The notes beneath the pieces are model-generated. The model searched no databases and had not been told where the DNA came from. It saw nothing but the letters and a program-made list of their open reading frames with translations. Source: an uncultured bacterium (GTDB taxonomy: Bacteria; Abyssobacteria; SURF-5). Taken from it: DNA of 64,000 bases. The stretch covers positions 82,520-146,519 of the forward strand of contig CAZSKP010000002.1 in assembly GCA_964607485.1 (NCBI GenBank). Direction: 5' to 3'. Made by a program: the position numbers and the translations under genes. Below, in pieces: positions 28,850-38,839 of the stretch. How positions within the stretch are numbered: position 1 is the stretch's first letter; each line of letters opens with the position of its first letter.

Positions 28850-30400
28850 TCAGAGGGGAATGTTTCCATGCTTCTTGGGCGGATTCGTGTCGCGCTTGTT
28901 CTGGAGCATCTCGAGCGCCTTTATCAGTTTCGACCTCGTCGTCTTCGGTTCGATGACCTCGTCTATGTATCCCATCTGGGCTGCAATGTAGGGGCTCGCG
29001 AACTTGTCCCTGTAATCGTCGATCAGCTTCTGGCGAGTCTCGTCGCGGTTTTCGGCCTCGCCGAGCTCCTTCCTGAACACTATGTTGACGGCGCCCTCCG
29101 GCCCCATCACGGCGATCTCGGCCGAAGGCCAGGCGTAGTTGATGTCGCAGCGAACGTGCTTCGACGACATCACGCAGTACGCGCCCCCGTAGGCCTTGCG
29201 GGTGATAACGGTCACGCGCGGCACCGTCGCCTCGCAGTATGCGTATATGAGTTTCGCGCCGTGAACGATTATGCCCCCGAACTCCTGGGCCGTTCCGGGA
29301 AGAAAGCCTGGCACGTCCTCGAATGTGATGATCGGGATGTTGAACGCGTCGCAGAACCGGACGAACCGCGCTCCCTTCTTGGACGCGTCGATATCCAGGC
29401 AGCCGGCCTGCACCATCGGCTGGTTTGCGACGATTCCGACCGACCTTCCGCCCAGCCGGGCGAACCCGACGATTATGTTCCGCGCATAGTTGGCGTGCAC
29501 TTCGAGGAACCGCTGGTCGTCCACGACCGAGCTGATAACCTGATGCATGTCGTATGATTCCTTGGGGCTGTCGGGGATGAGCGTGTTCAGTGAATCGTCC
29601 ATGCGGTCGTGCCTGTCGGCGGTCGGGACGAACGGCGGGTCTTCCATGTTGTTCTGGGGCAGGTAGGACATCAGCTCGCGCACCATCTGCAGGCAGTTCT
29701 TCTCGTCGGGCATCGCGAAGTGGCACACGCCGCTCCGGGTCGAATGGGTCTGCGGCCCGCCGAGGTCCTCCTTCGTCACCTCTTCGTACGTGGTGGCTTT
29801 GACGACCTCCGGGCCGGTTATGAACATGTAGCTCGTCTTGTCAACCATGAATATGAAGTCCGTGAGAGCGGGCGAATAGACAGCGCCGCCGGCGCTCGGC
29901 CCGAGGATGACGGAAATCTGGGGCACCACGCCCGATGCGAGCGTGTTCCTCAGGAATATGTCGGCGTATCCGGCCAGGCTCTCGACGCCCTCCTGAATGC
30001 GCGCGCCGCCGGAATCGTTCAGGCCGATGACGGGAGCGCCGTTGCGCATGGCCATTTCCATCAACCTGCACACCTTTTCGGCGAACGCGTGGCCGAGGGT
30101 GCCTCCGATGACGGTGAAATCCTGCGCGAACACGTACGCCAGCCTTCCGGCTATCGTTCCGTAACCGGTCACGACGCCGTCGCCGAGGAATTTCTTTTTC
30201 TCCATTCCGAAGTGCGTGCACTTGTGCGTGACGAAGGTGCCGACCTCCGTGAACGACCCCTCATCCAGCAGCAGGTCTATTCGTTCGCGGGCGGTGAGCT
30301 TTCCCTTCTCATGCTGGTTCTGGATGCGTTTCTCGCCGCCTCCGAGCGACGCCTCCTGCTGCAGCTTCTTGAGCTTTTCTATCTGTTCCAACGTTGACAT
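28850..30400 (-). CDS. pccB: Acyl-CoA carboxylase beta / methylmalonyl-CoA carboxyltransferase subunit
   Basis: [43 protein letters not shown]. Confidence 0.93.
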   Translation of the reverse strand: MSTLEQIEKLKKLQQEASLGGGEKRIQNQHEKGKLTARERIDLLLDEGSFTEVGTFVTHKCTHFGMEKKKFLGDGVVTGYGTIAGRLAYVFAQDFTVIGGTLGHAFAEKVCRLMEMAMRNGAPVIGLNDSGGARIQEGVESLAGYADIFLRNTLASGVVPQISVILGPSAGGAVYSPALTDFIFMVDKTSYMFITGPEVVKATTYEEVTKEDLGGPQTHSTRSGVCHFAMPDEKNCLQMVRELMSYLPQNNMEDPPFVPTADRHDRMDDSLNTLIPDSPKESYDMHQVISSVVDDQRFLEVHANYARNIIVGFARLGGRSVGIVANQPMVQAGCLDIDASKKGARFVRFCDAFNIPIITFEDVPGFLPGTAQEFGGIIVHGAKLIYAYCEATVPRVTVITRKAYGGAYCVMSSKHVRCDINYAWPSAEIAVMGPEGAVNIVFRKELGEAENRDETRQKLIDDYRDKFASPYIAAQMGYIDEVIEPKTTRSKLIKALEMLQNKRDTNPPKKHGNIPL

Positions 30401-30470
30401 GCGAGTCTCCCTCGGCAATCCGGACGCATCTTTTCTATTACTATTAGGAACACTGACTACTTCACACTTT

Positions 30471-30554
30471 CGTCATCCTGAACAAAGTGAAGGATCTCTT
30501 CTTTCGCCCGACGTGCCGCAATCTTTGAGATTCTTCGCTGCGCTCAGGATGACG
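30471..30554. repeat. Palindromic extragenic element, family A (GTCATYCTGAGC...GCTCAGGATGAC)
   Basis: Imperfect terminal inverted repeats of about 27 bp. Related copies at 40638 and 42098. Confidence 0.8.
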
Positions 30555-30840
30555 ACTATTAGCTGCTCCGAGTGATAACTTTAAGTAGTTGACTTAAAGC
30601 AGCTTATGTCAGCTTCTTGGCTTAAAGATACAGTTGCATCTCGCCTTCATCTGCAGGCTTTTATCTTGTGCGCCAGAAATTGATTGCGGAATTCAAAAAA
30701 ACAGAGGGCGAGCGCGCTTCAGCATTCGGAAATTTGGCGTAGTCTATCACAAACCTCAGGACGTGTCAAGACGAGCCGCCTTGCGGGATGTGCGCCAGGA
30801 AAGGCGCCACTGGGAGCAAAAGTCGCGGGCGGGATGGGCC

Positions 30841-31443
30841 TCAGGAATCGCGTCCGTGAGGACGGTACACGCGGAGTTCGGTGACGACCGCATCGACGGG
30901 CATGTCCTTTGAGCCGGCGGGGACCCTCTCCACGAACTGGCCCTCGTAGCCGAGCGCGACCGCGGGTGCGTGCTCGCCGGCCAGAAGCCTGTCGTAATAC
31001 CCGCCGCCGAAGCCCACGCGGCGGCATTGCCTGTCGAACGCAACGCCGGGCACGATGATGACGTTGGCATCATTCGCGTCGGCGGGTCGGAGCGAGTCGG
31101 CTCGCGGTTCCAGCAGCCCGAACCTCACGCGGACCAGCTCTTCCACGCCTCTGATCTCGGAGAATGCAAGCTCGTTGCGGTCGAAATCGGTGACCGGCAC
31201 CAGCACCCTGACGCCCCTGGACAAGGCCTGGCGGATGAGTGAATGGGTGTCCACCTCGTTCGGCTTGGCGGAGACATAGAAGAGTATCGTCTTCGCGTTC
31301 GCATATTCGGGCAGCGTATTGAGAGTGGCCGCTATTTGTTCCGACTTGCTGCGGGCCTCATCTGGCGTCAGTGACGCGCGCCAGCGAAGCTTCTCTTTGC
31401 GGATGGAGCGCTTCGCTTCGGATAGTTCGGGGGATTCGCTCAT
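30841..31443 (-). CDS. 5-formyltetrahydrofolate cyclo-ligase
   Basis: KRSIRK, EVDT, IVPGVAFD...RVGFGGGYYDRLL, DMPVDAVVTE. Confidence 0.93.
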   Translation of the reverse strand: MSESPELSEAKRSIRKEKLRWRASLTPDEARSKSEQIAATLNTLPEYANAKTILFYVSAKPNEVDTHSLIRQALSRGVRVLVPVTDFDRNELAFSEIRGVEELVRVRFGLLEPRADSLRPADANDANVIIVPGVAFDRQCRRVGFGGGYYDRLLAGEHAPAVALGYEGQFVERVPAGSKDMPVDAVVTELRVYRPHGRDS

Positions 31444-31468
31444 CTTTCGGGAACGCATGCGTCCGGGT

Positions 31469-32464
31469 TCAGCCGCCGATTGAACTCATGAAACTCTGGC
31501 AACGCGCCTCGCGCGCAGAGGGTTTGGACTCTATGGCCAGCCGGATGGCATCGGCTATTTTCTCGGCCGGCGCGCCCGACCGCAGCAGAGACTTGACCTC
31601 CACCGAGCGTCCGGAGAACAGGCAGGAGAGCAGGCGCCCGTCGGCCGTGAGCCTGATCCGGTTGCACGTGGGACAGAAGCTGTGACTCATCGCCGGTATG
31701 AACCCGACCGCGCCTCTGGCTCCTTCGAATTTGTATCGCTCGGCCGGGCCGCTGAGGCTCACGCCGTCGAGCCGCCGAAGATTGCCGAGTGCTCTGATGC
31801 GTTTCATCATCTCATCGGCAGGCACGTACTCGAACCTGCCGGAGATTTCCGCGGGGCCGAACGGCATGTATTCTATGAACCGCACCTCGAACGGGTGGTC
31901 TTTGGTGAATTGCGCGAAATCTTCTATTTCGTCGTCGTTCACTCCCTTGATGACGACCACGTTGAGCTTGATGGGGTCGAAGCCTGCGCTCCGGGCCGCC
32001 TCGATTCCCCTCCAGACCTTCGCGAGGTCGCCCCCGCGCGTGATGCGGCGGTATCGGTCGGGCCTGAGCGAGTCGAGGCTGACATTAATCCGGCCGAGCC
32101 CGTTGCGTCGCAGGGCGGCCGCGAATTCCTCGAGCAGCGAGCCGTTCGTCGTCAGATAGACCTCCTCGATGCCCGGCAGACGCGCGAGCATTCCGACCAA
32201 ATCCGGCACTCCGCGTCTCACCAGTGGCTCTCCGCCGGTCAGCCGCACGCGGTTGATTCCCATCGGAATGGCCGCGCCAACGACCGAGCAGATTTCCTCG
32301 AAGGTGAGAATCTCCGAATGCGGAAGCCGCTCGACGCCCTCGGGCGGCATGCAGTAGGTGCACCTGTAGTTGCAGAGGTCGGTGACGGAAACGCGCAGGT
32401 AATTTATCGCGCGCCTGCGGCCTCGAGCCGGCTGGCGGTTTACGTCAGGAGTTTCATGCAACAT
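31469..32464 (-). CDS. moaA: GTP 3',8-cyclase
   Basis: YLRVSVTDLCNYRCTYC, TGGEP, FCPTCNRIRLT...C, C-terminal IGG. Confidence 0.96.
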   Translation of the reverse strand: MLHETPDVNRQPARGRRRAINYLRVSVTDLCNYRCTYCMPPEGVERLPHSEILTFEEICSVVGAAIPMGINRVRLTGGEPLVRRGVPDLVGMLARLPGIEEVYLTTNGSLLEEFAAALRRNGLGRINVSLDSLRPDRYRRITRGGDLAKVWRGIEAARSAGFDPIKLNVVVIKGVNDDEIEDFAQFTKDHPFEVRFIEYMPFGPAEISGRFEYVPADEMMKRIRALGNLRRLDGVSLSGPAERYKFEGARGAVGFIPAMSHSFCPTCNRIRLTADGRLLSCLFSGRSVEVKSLLRSGAPAEKIADAIRLAIESKPSAREARCQSFMSSIGG

Positions 32465-32556
32465 TGTTCGACACGCTTTCTTGGAACAGGAACTTTATCA
32501 GTAACCATCACATTCTGGCATAATCTCGTCTCGTTTGCAACAAATGACGAAGCCTT

Positions 32557-33159
32557 TCAGCCCGCCCCCTGCTCCTTGAGCCTCGCCATTGCAAGCTCGT
32601 ATTTTTCTTGTGTGTTGATGTTGAAGTACGACATCTCCTCCGGGTCGCACGTGCGCACCTCGTCGAGCGTGACTTCTCGCACGCGGACGTGACGGAAAAA
32701 ATCTATCACCTTCAGGTTTCCGCTCTCAAGCTGCTTCTCTATATGCGGGATGCAGCCGCGTGAATAGAACGAATGAAGCGGTTCGAGACCGGCCTTGCTC
32801 AAGGGGATGACCACGTCGTAATCGCTCGCGAAGCGGTCGAGGTATCGGACCAGCTCGATATTGACGAAAGGCATGTCGCAGGCGGCGAAGAAGCAATGCT
32901 CCGCCCGCGAGCGCAGCAGGCAGGAATGGATTCCCGCCAGCGAGCCCCCGTCGGTGAAGACGTCCGGAACGACGGGCGCACCGAGAAACTCGTAGGTTTC
33001 GGCATCGTTCGCCGATATGAGCACCTCCCGAAAAGCCTCCTTCAAGATTCGGTGGAGCCGTCCGATGAGGGTTTCACCCCCGAAATCGAGCAATGCCTTG
33101 TTGCGCCCCATCCGGGTGCTCTTGCCTCCGGCGAGGATGACCGCTGATTCCATCTTCAC
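32557..33159 (-). CDS. mobA: Molybdenum cofactor guanylyltransferase
   Basis: ILAGGKSTRMGRNKA, ACDMPF, EPLH, FNINT. Confidence 0.93.
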   Translation of the reverse strand: MKMESAVILAGGKSTRMGRNKALLDFGGETLIGRLHRILKEAFREVLISANDAETYEFLGAPVVPDVFTDGGSLAGIHSCLLRSRAEHCFFAACDMPFVNIELVRYLDRFASDYDVVIPLSKAGLEPLHSFYSRGCIPHIEKQLESGNLKVIDFFRHVRVREVTLDEVRTCDPEEMSYFNINTQEKYELAMARLKEQGAG

Positions 33160-33171
33160 TTTGCCCGCTGC

Positions 33172-34653
33172 TCAGCCCGACTTCTTCTTTTCCGGCTTCT
33201 TTTTCGGTTCCGGCTCCGGCTCGGGCTCGGGCGGGGGCTGGTCCCACCAGTTCGGGTCTTTGAGATACGCGTCTATCGAGCGGGCCGCGACCTTTCCGTC
33301 GCCCATCGCCAGAATCACCGTGGCGGCGCCCCGAACGATGTCGCCGCCCGCGAACACGCCCCGCTTGCTGGTCTTGCACGTGCGGAGGTCGGCCGAGATG
33401 TTGCCCTTTCGATTGACATCGAGGTCGGGCGTCGTGCTGGGCACGAGCGGGTTCGGGCCGTTTCCGATTGCGACGATGACGGTATCGACGTCCTTGCGGA
33501 ACTCGGACCCCTTGATGGGAATGGGACGCCTGCGGCCCGACTGGTCGGGCTCGCCGAGTTCCATCTTCTGGCATTCGACCGCGACGACTTTGCCCTGTTC
33601 GTTTCCGATGTACTGTATCGGGTTGGTGAGCAGGTTGAAGATGATTCCCTCTTCCTCCGCGTGGTGTACCTCTTCGGCGCGGGCGGGCATCTCTTCCTTC
33701 GACCTGCGATAGATGATGTTCACTTCGTTCGCGCCCAGCCTGAGAGCGGTGCGGGCGGAATCCATCGCGACGTTGCCGCCACCGACGACGGCGACGACGT
33801 TGGAGGTCGCTATCGGAGTGTCGTATTCGGGGAACAGGTACGCCTTCATGAGGTTCGAGCGGGTGAGGTATTCGTTGGCCGAGTACACGCCGCTCAGGTT
33901 TTCGCCCGGTATGTTCATGAACAGCGGCGCACCGGCGCCCGTGCCGACGAAAATCGCGTCGAACCCGTTCTTGAGCAGTTCGTCGAGCGTGTCGGCCTTG
34001 CCGACGACGGTATTGAGGTGAATCTCGATGCCGAGGTCGGCCAGAAAATCGACTTCCGCCTGCACGATCTCCTTGGGCAAACGAAATTCGGGTATGCCGT
34101 ACACGAGCACGCCGCCCGCCTTGTGAAGCGCCTCGAAGATGACCACCTTGTGGCCCATGCGAGCGAGGTCGCCCGCGACGGTGAGCCCCGCCGGCCCGGA
34201 GCCGACGACGGCCACCCTCTTGCCGGTTGAAGGCGCGAGCTTCGGCTTGGTGACTTTGCCCGACCTGCGCTCGAAGTCGGCCAGGAAGCGTTCCAGCCTT
34301 CCGATGGCCACCGGCTCACCTTTCTTGCCGACGATGCAGTAGTTCTCGCACTGGTCCTCCTGCGGGCACACGCGTCCGCACACGGCGGGCAGGCTGTTGG
34401 TTTCCTTTATCTTCGCGATGGCTTCCCAGTGGTGGCCCTCGGCGACGAGATTAACGAAGCTGGGGATGTTTATCTCCACCGGGCAGCCTTTCATGCAGCT
34501 CGGCTTCTTGCACTGGAGGCATCGTTTGGCCTCGAGCATCGCCGTCTCTTCCGAATAGCCGTACGGGACCTCGTCGAAATTCCTGGCGCGGTCCTTGGGT
34601 TTCTGCTCCGGCATCTTCTGCCGCGGAATTTTCATTCTCTCTTTTGGGTCCAT
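33172..34653 (-). CDS. nfnB: NfnB/SudA-type NADPH-dependent flavo-FeS subunit (homotetrameric GltA-like)
   Basis: RCLQCKKPSCMKGCPV, CGRVCPQEDQC, GSGPAGL, GGGNVAMD. Adjacent to nfnA. Confidence 0.88.
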   Translation of the reverse strand: MDPKERMKIPRQKMPEQKPKDRARNFDEVPYGYSEETAMLEAKRCLQCKKPSCMKGCPVEINIPSFVNLVAEGHHWEAIAKIKETNSLPAVCGRVCPQEDQCENYCIVGKKGEPVAIGRLERFLADFERRSGKVTKPKLAPSTGKRVAVVGSGPAGLTVAGDLARMGHKVVIFEALHKAGGVLVYGIPEFRLPKEIVQAEVDFLADLGIEIHLNTVVGKADTLDELLKNGFDAIFVGTGAGAPLFMNIPGENLSGVYSANEYLTRSNLMKAYLFPEYDTPIATSNVVAVVGGGNVAMDSARTALRLGANEVNIIYRRSKEEMPARAEEVHHAEEEGIIFNLLTNPIQYIGNEQGKVVAVECQKMELGEPDQSGRRRPIPIKGSEFRKDVDTVIVAIGNGPNPLVPSTTPDLDVNRKGNISADLRTCKTSKRGVFAGGDIVRGAATVILAMGDGKVAARSIDAYLKDPNWWDQPPPEPEPEPEPKKKPEKKKSG

Positions 34654-34657
34654 GAGA

Positions 34658-35509
34658 TCATCCCCTGCCTATCTTGCATTCGTCTTTTGAATGTTTATGT
34701 CGTTCGTACGACTCGGCTTCCTTGTCTCTGTAGGTGGCGAGGCGCTTGGTGAGCAGCTCGAAGTCCACCTGGTGCGCGTCGAACTCCGGCCCGTCCACGC
34801 ACGCGAACTTCGTCGCGCCGCCGACCACCACGCGGCAGCAGCCGCACATGCCCGAGCCGTCTATCATGATCGGATTCAGGCTCACGATGGTGGGAATGGT
34901 GTATTCCTTCGTCATTCTGGCCACGAACTTCATCATCGGAACGGGGCCGATGGCGACGACCAGCTTCAGGTCTTCGCCCCGGTCGATGAGCTGTTTGAGC
35001 ATTTCGGTGACGAGGCCCTTCTGGCCGTAACTGCCGTCGTCGGTGCAGACAACGAGCTCATTGCTTATCTTTCGCACCTCATCCTCGTAAAACAACAGCT
35101 CCTTCGTGCGCGCTCCGAGGATCGAGATGACTTTGTTGCCCGCCTTGCCGAGTGCCTTGGCTATCGGGTATGCGATTGCGATGCCGGTGCCCCCGCCGAT
35201 GCAGCATACGGATCCGAATTTCTCTATGTGCGTGGGCTTGCCCAGCGGGCCGGCGATGTCGAGGATGGTGTCGCCGACGCGAAGGCCCGACATCTGGTCG
35301 GTCGTCTTTCCAACGACCTGATAAATGAGCGTGATGGTCCCGCGCGCTGTGTCCGAATCCGAAATGGTGAAAGGCACCCGTTCGCCCGTCTCGTCTATCC
35401 TGAGGATTACGAACTGGCCCGGCTTGCGTTTTTCCGCAATCTTGGGCGCCTCGACTTCCATCAGGAACATGGAAGGAGCGAGCGTGTCTGTCCTGACTAT
35501 TTTGTGCAT
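34658..35509 (-). CDS. nfnA: NfnA/SudB-type ferredoxin-NADP reductase subunit
   Basis: PGQFVILR, ERVPFTI, GGGTGIA, DGSGMCGCCRV...CVDGPEF. Confidence 0.88.
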   Translation of the reverse strand: MHKIVRTDTLAPSMFLMEVEAPKIAEKRKPGQFVILRIDETGERVPFTISDSDTARGTITLIYQVVGKTTDQMSGLRVGDTILDIAGPLGKPTHIEKFGSVCCIGGGTGIAIAYPIAKALGKAGNKVISILGARTKELLFYEDEVRKISNELVVCTDDGSYGQKGLVTEMLKQLIDRGEDLKLVVAIGPVPMMKFVARMTKEYTIPTIVSLNPIMIDGSGMCGCCRVVVGGATKFACVDGPEFDAHQVDFELLTKRLATYRDKEAESYERHKHSKDECKIGRG

Positions 35510-35582
35510 TTCTCCTCTCCTGTGGTGGCAATGGGCTTGTTGAGAATTCGCCCCATAAAGACTTCCGGCGGCATGGCCGGCG

Positions 35583-36092
35583 TCACGACTCCCGCTGCGC
35601 GGATTTCAGAAAACGCTGCTCTATGAAGTCCGCTATTCCGTCCACATCGTTTATGTCAAAACACGGGCAATCGGCCTCGATCGGCGTGTCGCTGGCCAGA
35701 GCGATGCGATTGTCCGCGGCAGTGCAGAGCGGCCGGGAATGCGCTTGGGAACGAAAAACCTCTATCTTGGGCTTGTCCAGCCGCTTGAATCCCTCCGTTA
35801 TGACGATGTCCATGTCGTGGTAGTACCGCTCGACAAGCTCGTCGAGCGGCGGCGTCTGTTCCTCGCGCTTGATGAGCGCCATCTTCTTCGGAGACGATAT
35901 GAGCACGGCGTCGGCGCCGGCGTGAAAATGCCTGTACGTGTCCTTCCCCTCGCGGTCCATCTCGAATCCGTGGACATCGTGCTTTATCGTGCCGACCCGG
36001 TGGCCCCGGCGCTTGAGGACGGGAATTAATTTCTCTATCAGCGTCGTCTTGCCGCTGTCGCTCTTTCCCACGATGCAGACCACGGGCACCAC
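35583..36092 (-). CDS. mobB: Molybdopterin-guanine dinucleotide biosynthesis protein B
   Basis: GKSDSGKTT, IKHDVHGFEMDREGKDT, EGFK. Confidence 0.93.
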   Translation of the reverse strand: MVPVVCIVGKSDSGKTTLIEKLIPVLKRRGHRVGTIKHDVHGFEMDREGKDTYRHFHAGADAVLISSPKKMALIKREEQTPPLDELVERYYHDMDIVITEGFKRLDKPKIEVFRSQAHSRPLCTAADNRIALASDTPIEADCPCFDINDVDGIADFIEQRFLKSAQRES

Positions 36093-36093
36093 C

Positions 36094-37317
36094 TCACTCG
36101 ACCTCCGGCATGGCGATGAGCTGGACCTTCACGCGCTCGCCTTTCTTCTGCTGCTTCGTTCCGCGCGGGAACAGGATGATTGCGTTCGCGAGGTCCATCG
36201 AGACGAGTATGCCCGAACCCTGCGGGCCGGTGGTGGATGCGAAGTAGTCCGCGCCTTCCTTGCGCACGACGGCGCGAATCAGGTGCATCCGCTCCGGCTT
36301 CTTCTTGATGTCCTCGTCGAGCACGGCCTCGACGACGGGACGAAACAGCCTGCGCCTGCCCATCATCTTCAACAGCGCGGGCCTGACAAACTCCTCGAAG
36401 GACACCATCGAGGACACCGGATTGCCCGGAAGCCCGAAGACCGGCTTGTCCCCTGCCAGCCCGAACACGGTCGGCTTGCCGGGCTTTATGGCGACCTTCG
36501 TGAACTTCAGCTCGACGCCGAGTTCCTCGAGGACGTCCTTGACATAGTCGTAATCGCCCACCGAGACGCCGCCCGAGCTCACTATCATGTCGGCCGAAAG
36601 TCCCTCTTTCAGGTGAGCGCGCACGTCGTCTATCGTGTCGCGGGCGATGCCGAGATATTTCGCCTCGGCGCCGCATGCGCGCGTCTGCGACACCAGTGTG
36701 TACGAGTTGCTGCTGCGAATCTTCCCGGGCGCCGGTGGCTCGTCGGCGTCGAGAAGCTCGTCGCCGGTGGCGAGAATGGCGACGATCGGCCTGCGGACGA
36801 CCTTTATCACGGCCCTTCCGACCGACGCGAGCAGCCCGATTTTTGCCGGTGTGAGCTCCTCTCCCGCGCGCATCACCGTCTGGCCGTCGGCGATGTCCTC
36901 GCCCGCCAGCCGGATGTTCCAGCCCTTTTCGTGCTCCTTGAGAATGCGGACGCGGCCGTCGGCGACTTTCTCGGTGAGCTCGACCTGCACGACCGTGTCG
37001 GCTCCGGGCGGAACGGGCGCGCCCGTCATGATGCGGATGGCCTGGCCGGGGCCGACGGCCTTCTCGGTGTGCCGGCCGGCGGGCAAATCCATCAACACAT
37101 TCAGCTCGACCGGGCTCTTTTCGGATGCGCCGCTCGTGTCGTCAGCCCGGAGGGCATAGCCGTCCATCGCGGAGTTGTCGAACGGCGGAATGCGCTCGGT
37201 CGAGGTCACGTCCTCAGCGGCGACCAGCCCGAGCGTATCCAATATCGGCATCTCCACCGTGTCGAGGACACGGACCGAATCGAGCACAATCTTTTGGGCT
37301 TCCTCGAAGGTAACCAT
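36094..37317 (-). CDS. moeA: Molybdopterin molybdotransferase
   Basis: PPFDNSAMDGYA, IMTGAPVP, TGDEL, SGGVSVGDYD, LPGNPVS. Start moved to MVTFEEA. Confidence 0.95.
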   Translation of the reverse strand: MVTFEEAQKIVLDSVRVLDTVEMPILDTLGLVAAEDVTSTERIPPFDNSAMDGYALRADDTSGASEKSPVELNVLMDLPAGRHTEKAVGPGQAIRIMTGAPVPPGADTVVQVELTEKVADGRVRILKEHEKGWNIRLAGEDIADGQTVMRAGEELTPAKIGLLASVGRAVIKVVRRPIVAILATGDELLDADEPPAPGKIRSSNSYTLVSQTRACGAEAKYLGIARDTIDDVRAHLKEGLSADMIVSSGGVSVGDYDYVKDVLEELGVELKFTKVAIKPGKPTVFGLAGDKPVFGLPGNPVSSMVSFEEFVRPALLKMMGRRRLFRPVVEAVLDEDIKKKPERMHLIRAVVRKEGADYFASTTGPQGSGILVSMDLANAIILFPRGTKQQKKGERVKVQLIAMPEVE

Positions 37318-37423
37318 GACTGAATCGCAAAAATATACCCTCTTTGGGGTGTCAAGAGGGCACCGAATTTCGCTACCGGACGCGCTCAAAACGCGCCCGC
37401 TGTGGTCCAACGCTATCCGCTAG

Positions 37424-37452
37424 ATAATATCAGAATTTCAGCGGCCAGTCAA
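37424..37452 (-). promoter_or_regulatory. Sigma70 promoter for the moeA operon
   Basis: TTGACT-N17-TATTAT. Confidence 0.65.
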
Positions 37453-37487
37453 GGCATTTAGCCGAGGCGCTTCCCAGCTTTTTTTCT

Positions 37488-37525
37488 CTTCTTTTTCTCT
37501 CTTTGCGGAAAGAGAGAAAAAGAAG
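37488..37525. terminator. Polypyrimidine/polypurine hairpin downstream of the TIR gene
   Basis: Stem of about 17 bp, CTTCTTTTTCTCTCTTT-GCGG-AAAGAGAGAAAAAGAAG. Either a terminator or a repeat element. Confidence 0.5.
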
Positions 37526-37608
37526 CAAGAAGAGAGAAACGAGGGAGGTCTTTATCTTCTTAACCTTATAATTCAAAATCTGACTCGCCTCTTTATATCA
37601 TCTGCTCA

Positions 37609-38748
37609 TTAACTCTGCTCGATCAATCCCTCGCGCTCCAATACGCGTCGGACTTCCTCGAACGCAGCGGAGATGTTTCCGCGAGGAAATCGAATCTGGC
37701 CTAAGCCCTCGATATTGCTGAACTGCTCGCAGTCTTCCTCTAGCATGACGATTGCCCTGCTGAATCCGAGTCGCCCTTGAAACAATCCGGCCTCGTGAAC
37801 CACATTCATTCTTGCTTGGAGCGCCCCGTCAGCCATTTCATCTTCAGCAGTCATCACTAAGAAGGCGATCGCAGCAGCGTCGAGCATTTCTGACAATCTG
37901 GCAATGTTCGTGACGCCGGCGACAGGCACGCGATTGAATTCGTCCCAAGGCAATTTCAGTCGATCCTGGATAAAGTCTTTAAGGTCGCGCCATACGGACG
38001 ACCCGCCATGGCCGATGAAAACGTTTGTCCCGATTCTCTCTGCGGCTTTGCGTCTACGAGCTTTACGTTCCAGATGCGATGCCGCCTTCGTCGCAATGCC
38101 GCTGGCAACATCGCAGATAGCGAACGCATGGCGAATAGACTTTACCTCCGCGATGAGGTCCATATGGGGTGGTATTTGCGTTCCTTGTCCCAAGACGATT
38201 GTATCGCGGGTCATGATCTGGCCCTTTGGGGAAAGATGTTCCGCAACTTTGAATGGGGATAGCGGACTTAGCTTTTCGATTTCCTTCTTCACGTTCTCTA
38301 AAAATCCATCGTTGCGCTCTTCGATCTCGTTCTGAAGGACGGAAATAATCTCCGACTTGACGTACTCGAAGGTCTCTGATGCTGCTTCGGCTGCCTTATG
38401 AGCAACATCAAGATCAGGCTCTCCGGCTAGCTTGCGGATACGCGCCTTAACGTCTTCGGCATCATATTCCCGCCAATCTCCACGCGACCCGAGATTTGAT
38501 ACACATGTATCCATCAGCCCCCACTCCTGGCTGAAGTGTGCCCCGGGCGGCGGAGGCGAAAAATCCACGTAATACACGCATGAGTGATACCCCTGCCATG
38601 AGCCGGAGAACGAACGCCCAATCATTAGTGCAGCGTCCTCTAAGGCGCTAAGCGGCTTAGCTATGTCGTCACTGTCCGCACCGCTAACGGCTTCCTTCAA
38701 CTTCTCGGCAAGTGCGAAGAGTTCTTCATGCGGAGTCAATGCAAGCAC
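37609..38748 (-). CDS. Protein with a C-terminal CAP12/Pycsar-type TIR (PF10137-like) domain; integron cassette gene
   Basis: VFIGHG, AFLVMTAED, ARMNVVHEAGLFQGRLG, FSNIEGL. Begins directly after the attC. Confidence 0.88.
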   Translation of the reverse strand: MLALTPHEELFALAEKLKEAVSGADSDDIAKPLSALEDAALMIGRSFSGSWQGYHSCVYYVDFSPPPPGAHFSQEWGLMDTCVSNLGSRGDWREYDAEDVKARIRKLAGEPDLDVAHKAAEAASETFEYVKSEIISVLQNEIEERNDGFLENVKKEIEKLSPLSPFKVAEHLSPKGQIMTRDTIVLGQGTQIPPHMDLIAEVKSIRHAFAICDVASGIATKAASHLERKARRRKAAERIGTNVFIGHGGSSVWRDLKDFIQDRLKLPWDEFNRVPVAGVTNIARLSEMLDAAAIAFLVMTAEDEMADGALQARMNVVHEAGLFQGRLGFSRAIVMLEEDCEQFSNIEGLGQIRFPRGNISAAFEEVRRVLEREGLIEQS

Positions 38749-38766
38749 TCCCAGAGACGAAATGAC

Positions 38767-38838
38767 ACATAACGATTGAACTCACTGTTTTTTACGGAGC
38801 GTAGCGGAGTAAAAATCCAGTGCAGTGATTTGTTATGT
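38767..38838 (-). mobile_element. Integron attC site (72 bp)
   Basis: Minus strand: R'' ACATAAC, 5 nt, L'' ACTGCACT, central TTTTTAC/GTAAAAA stem, L' AGTGAGT, 6 nt, R' GTTATGT. There is one extra base in L''. It lies immediately after a stop codon. Confidence 0.88.
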
Positions 38839-38839
38839 T

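Noticed and set aside
31444-31468. 6S RNA upstream of 5-formyl-THF cyclo-ligase
   Set aside because: Only about 25 nt separate it from moaA, so there is no room.
37530-37608. Second attC after the TIR gene
   Set aside because: No ..TAAC / GTT.. pair with attC spacing and complementarity was found.
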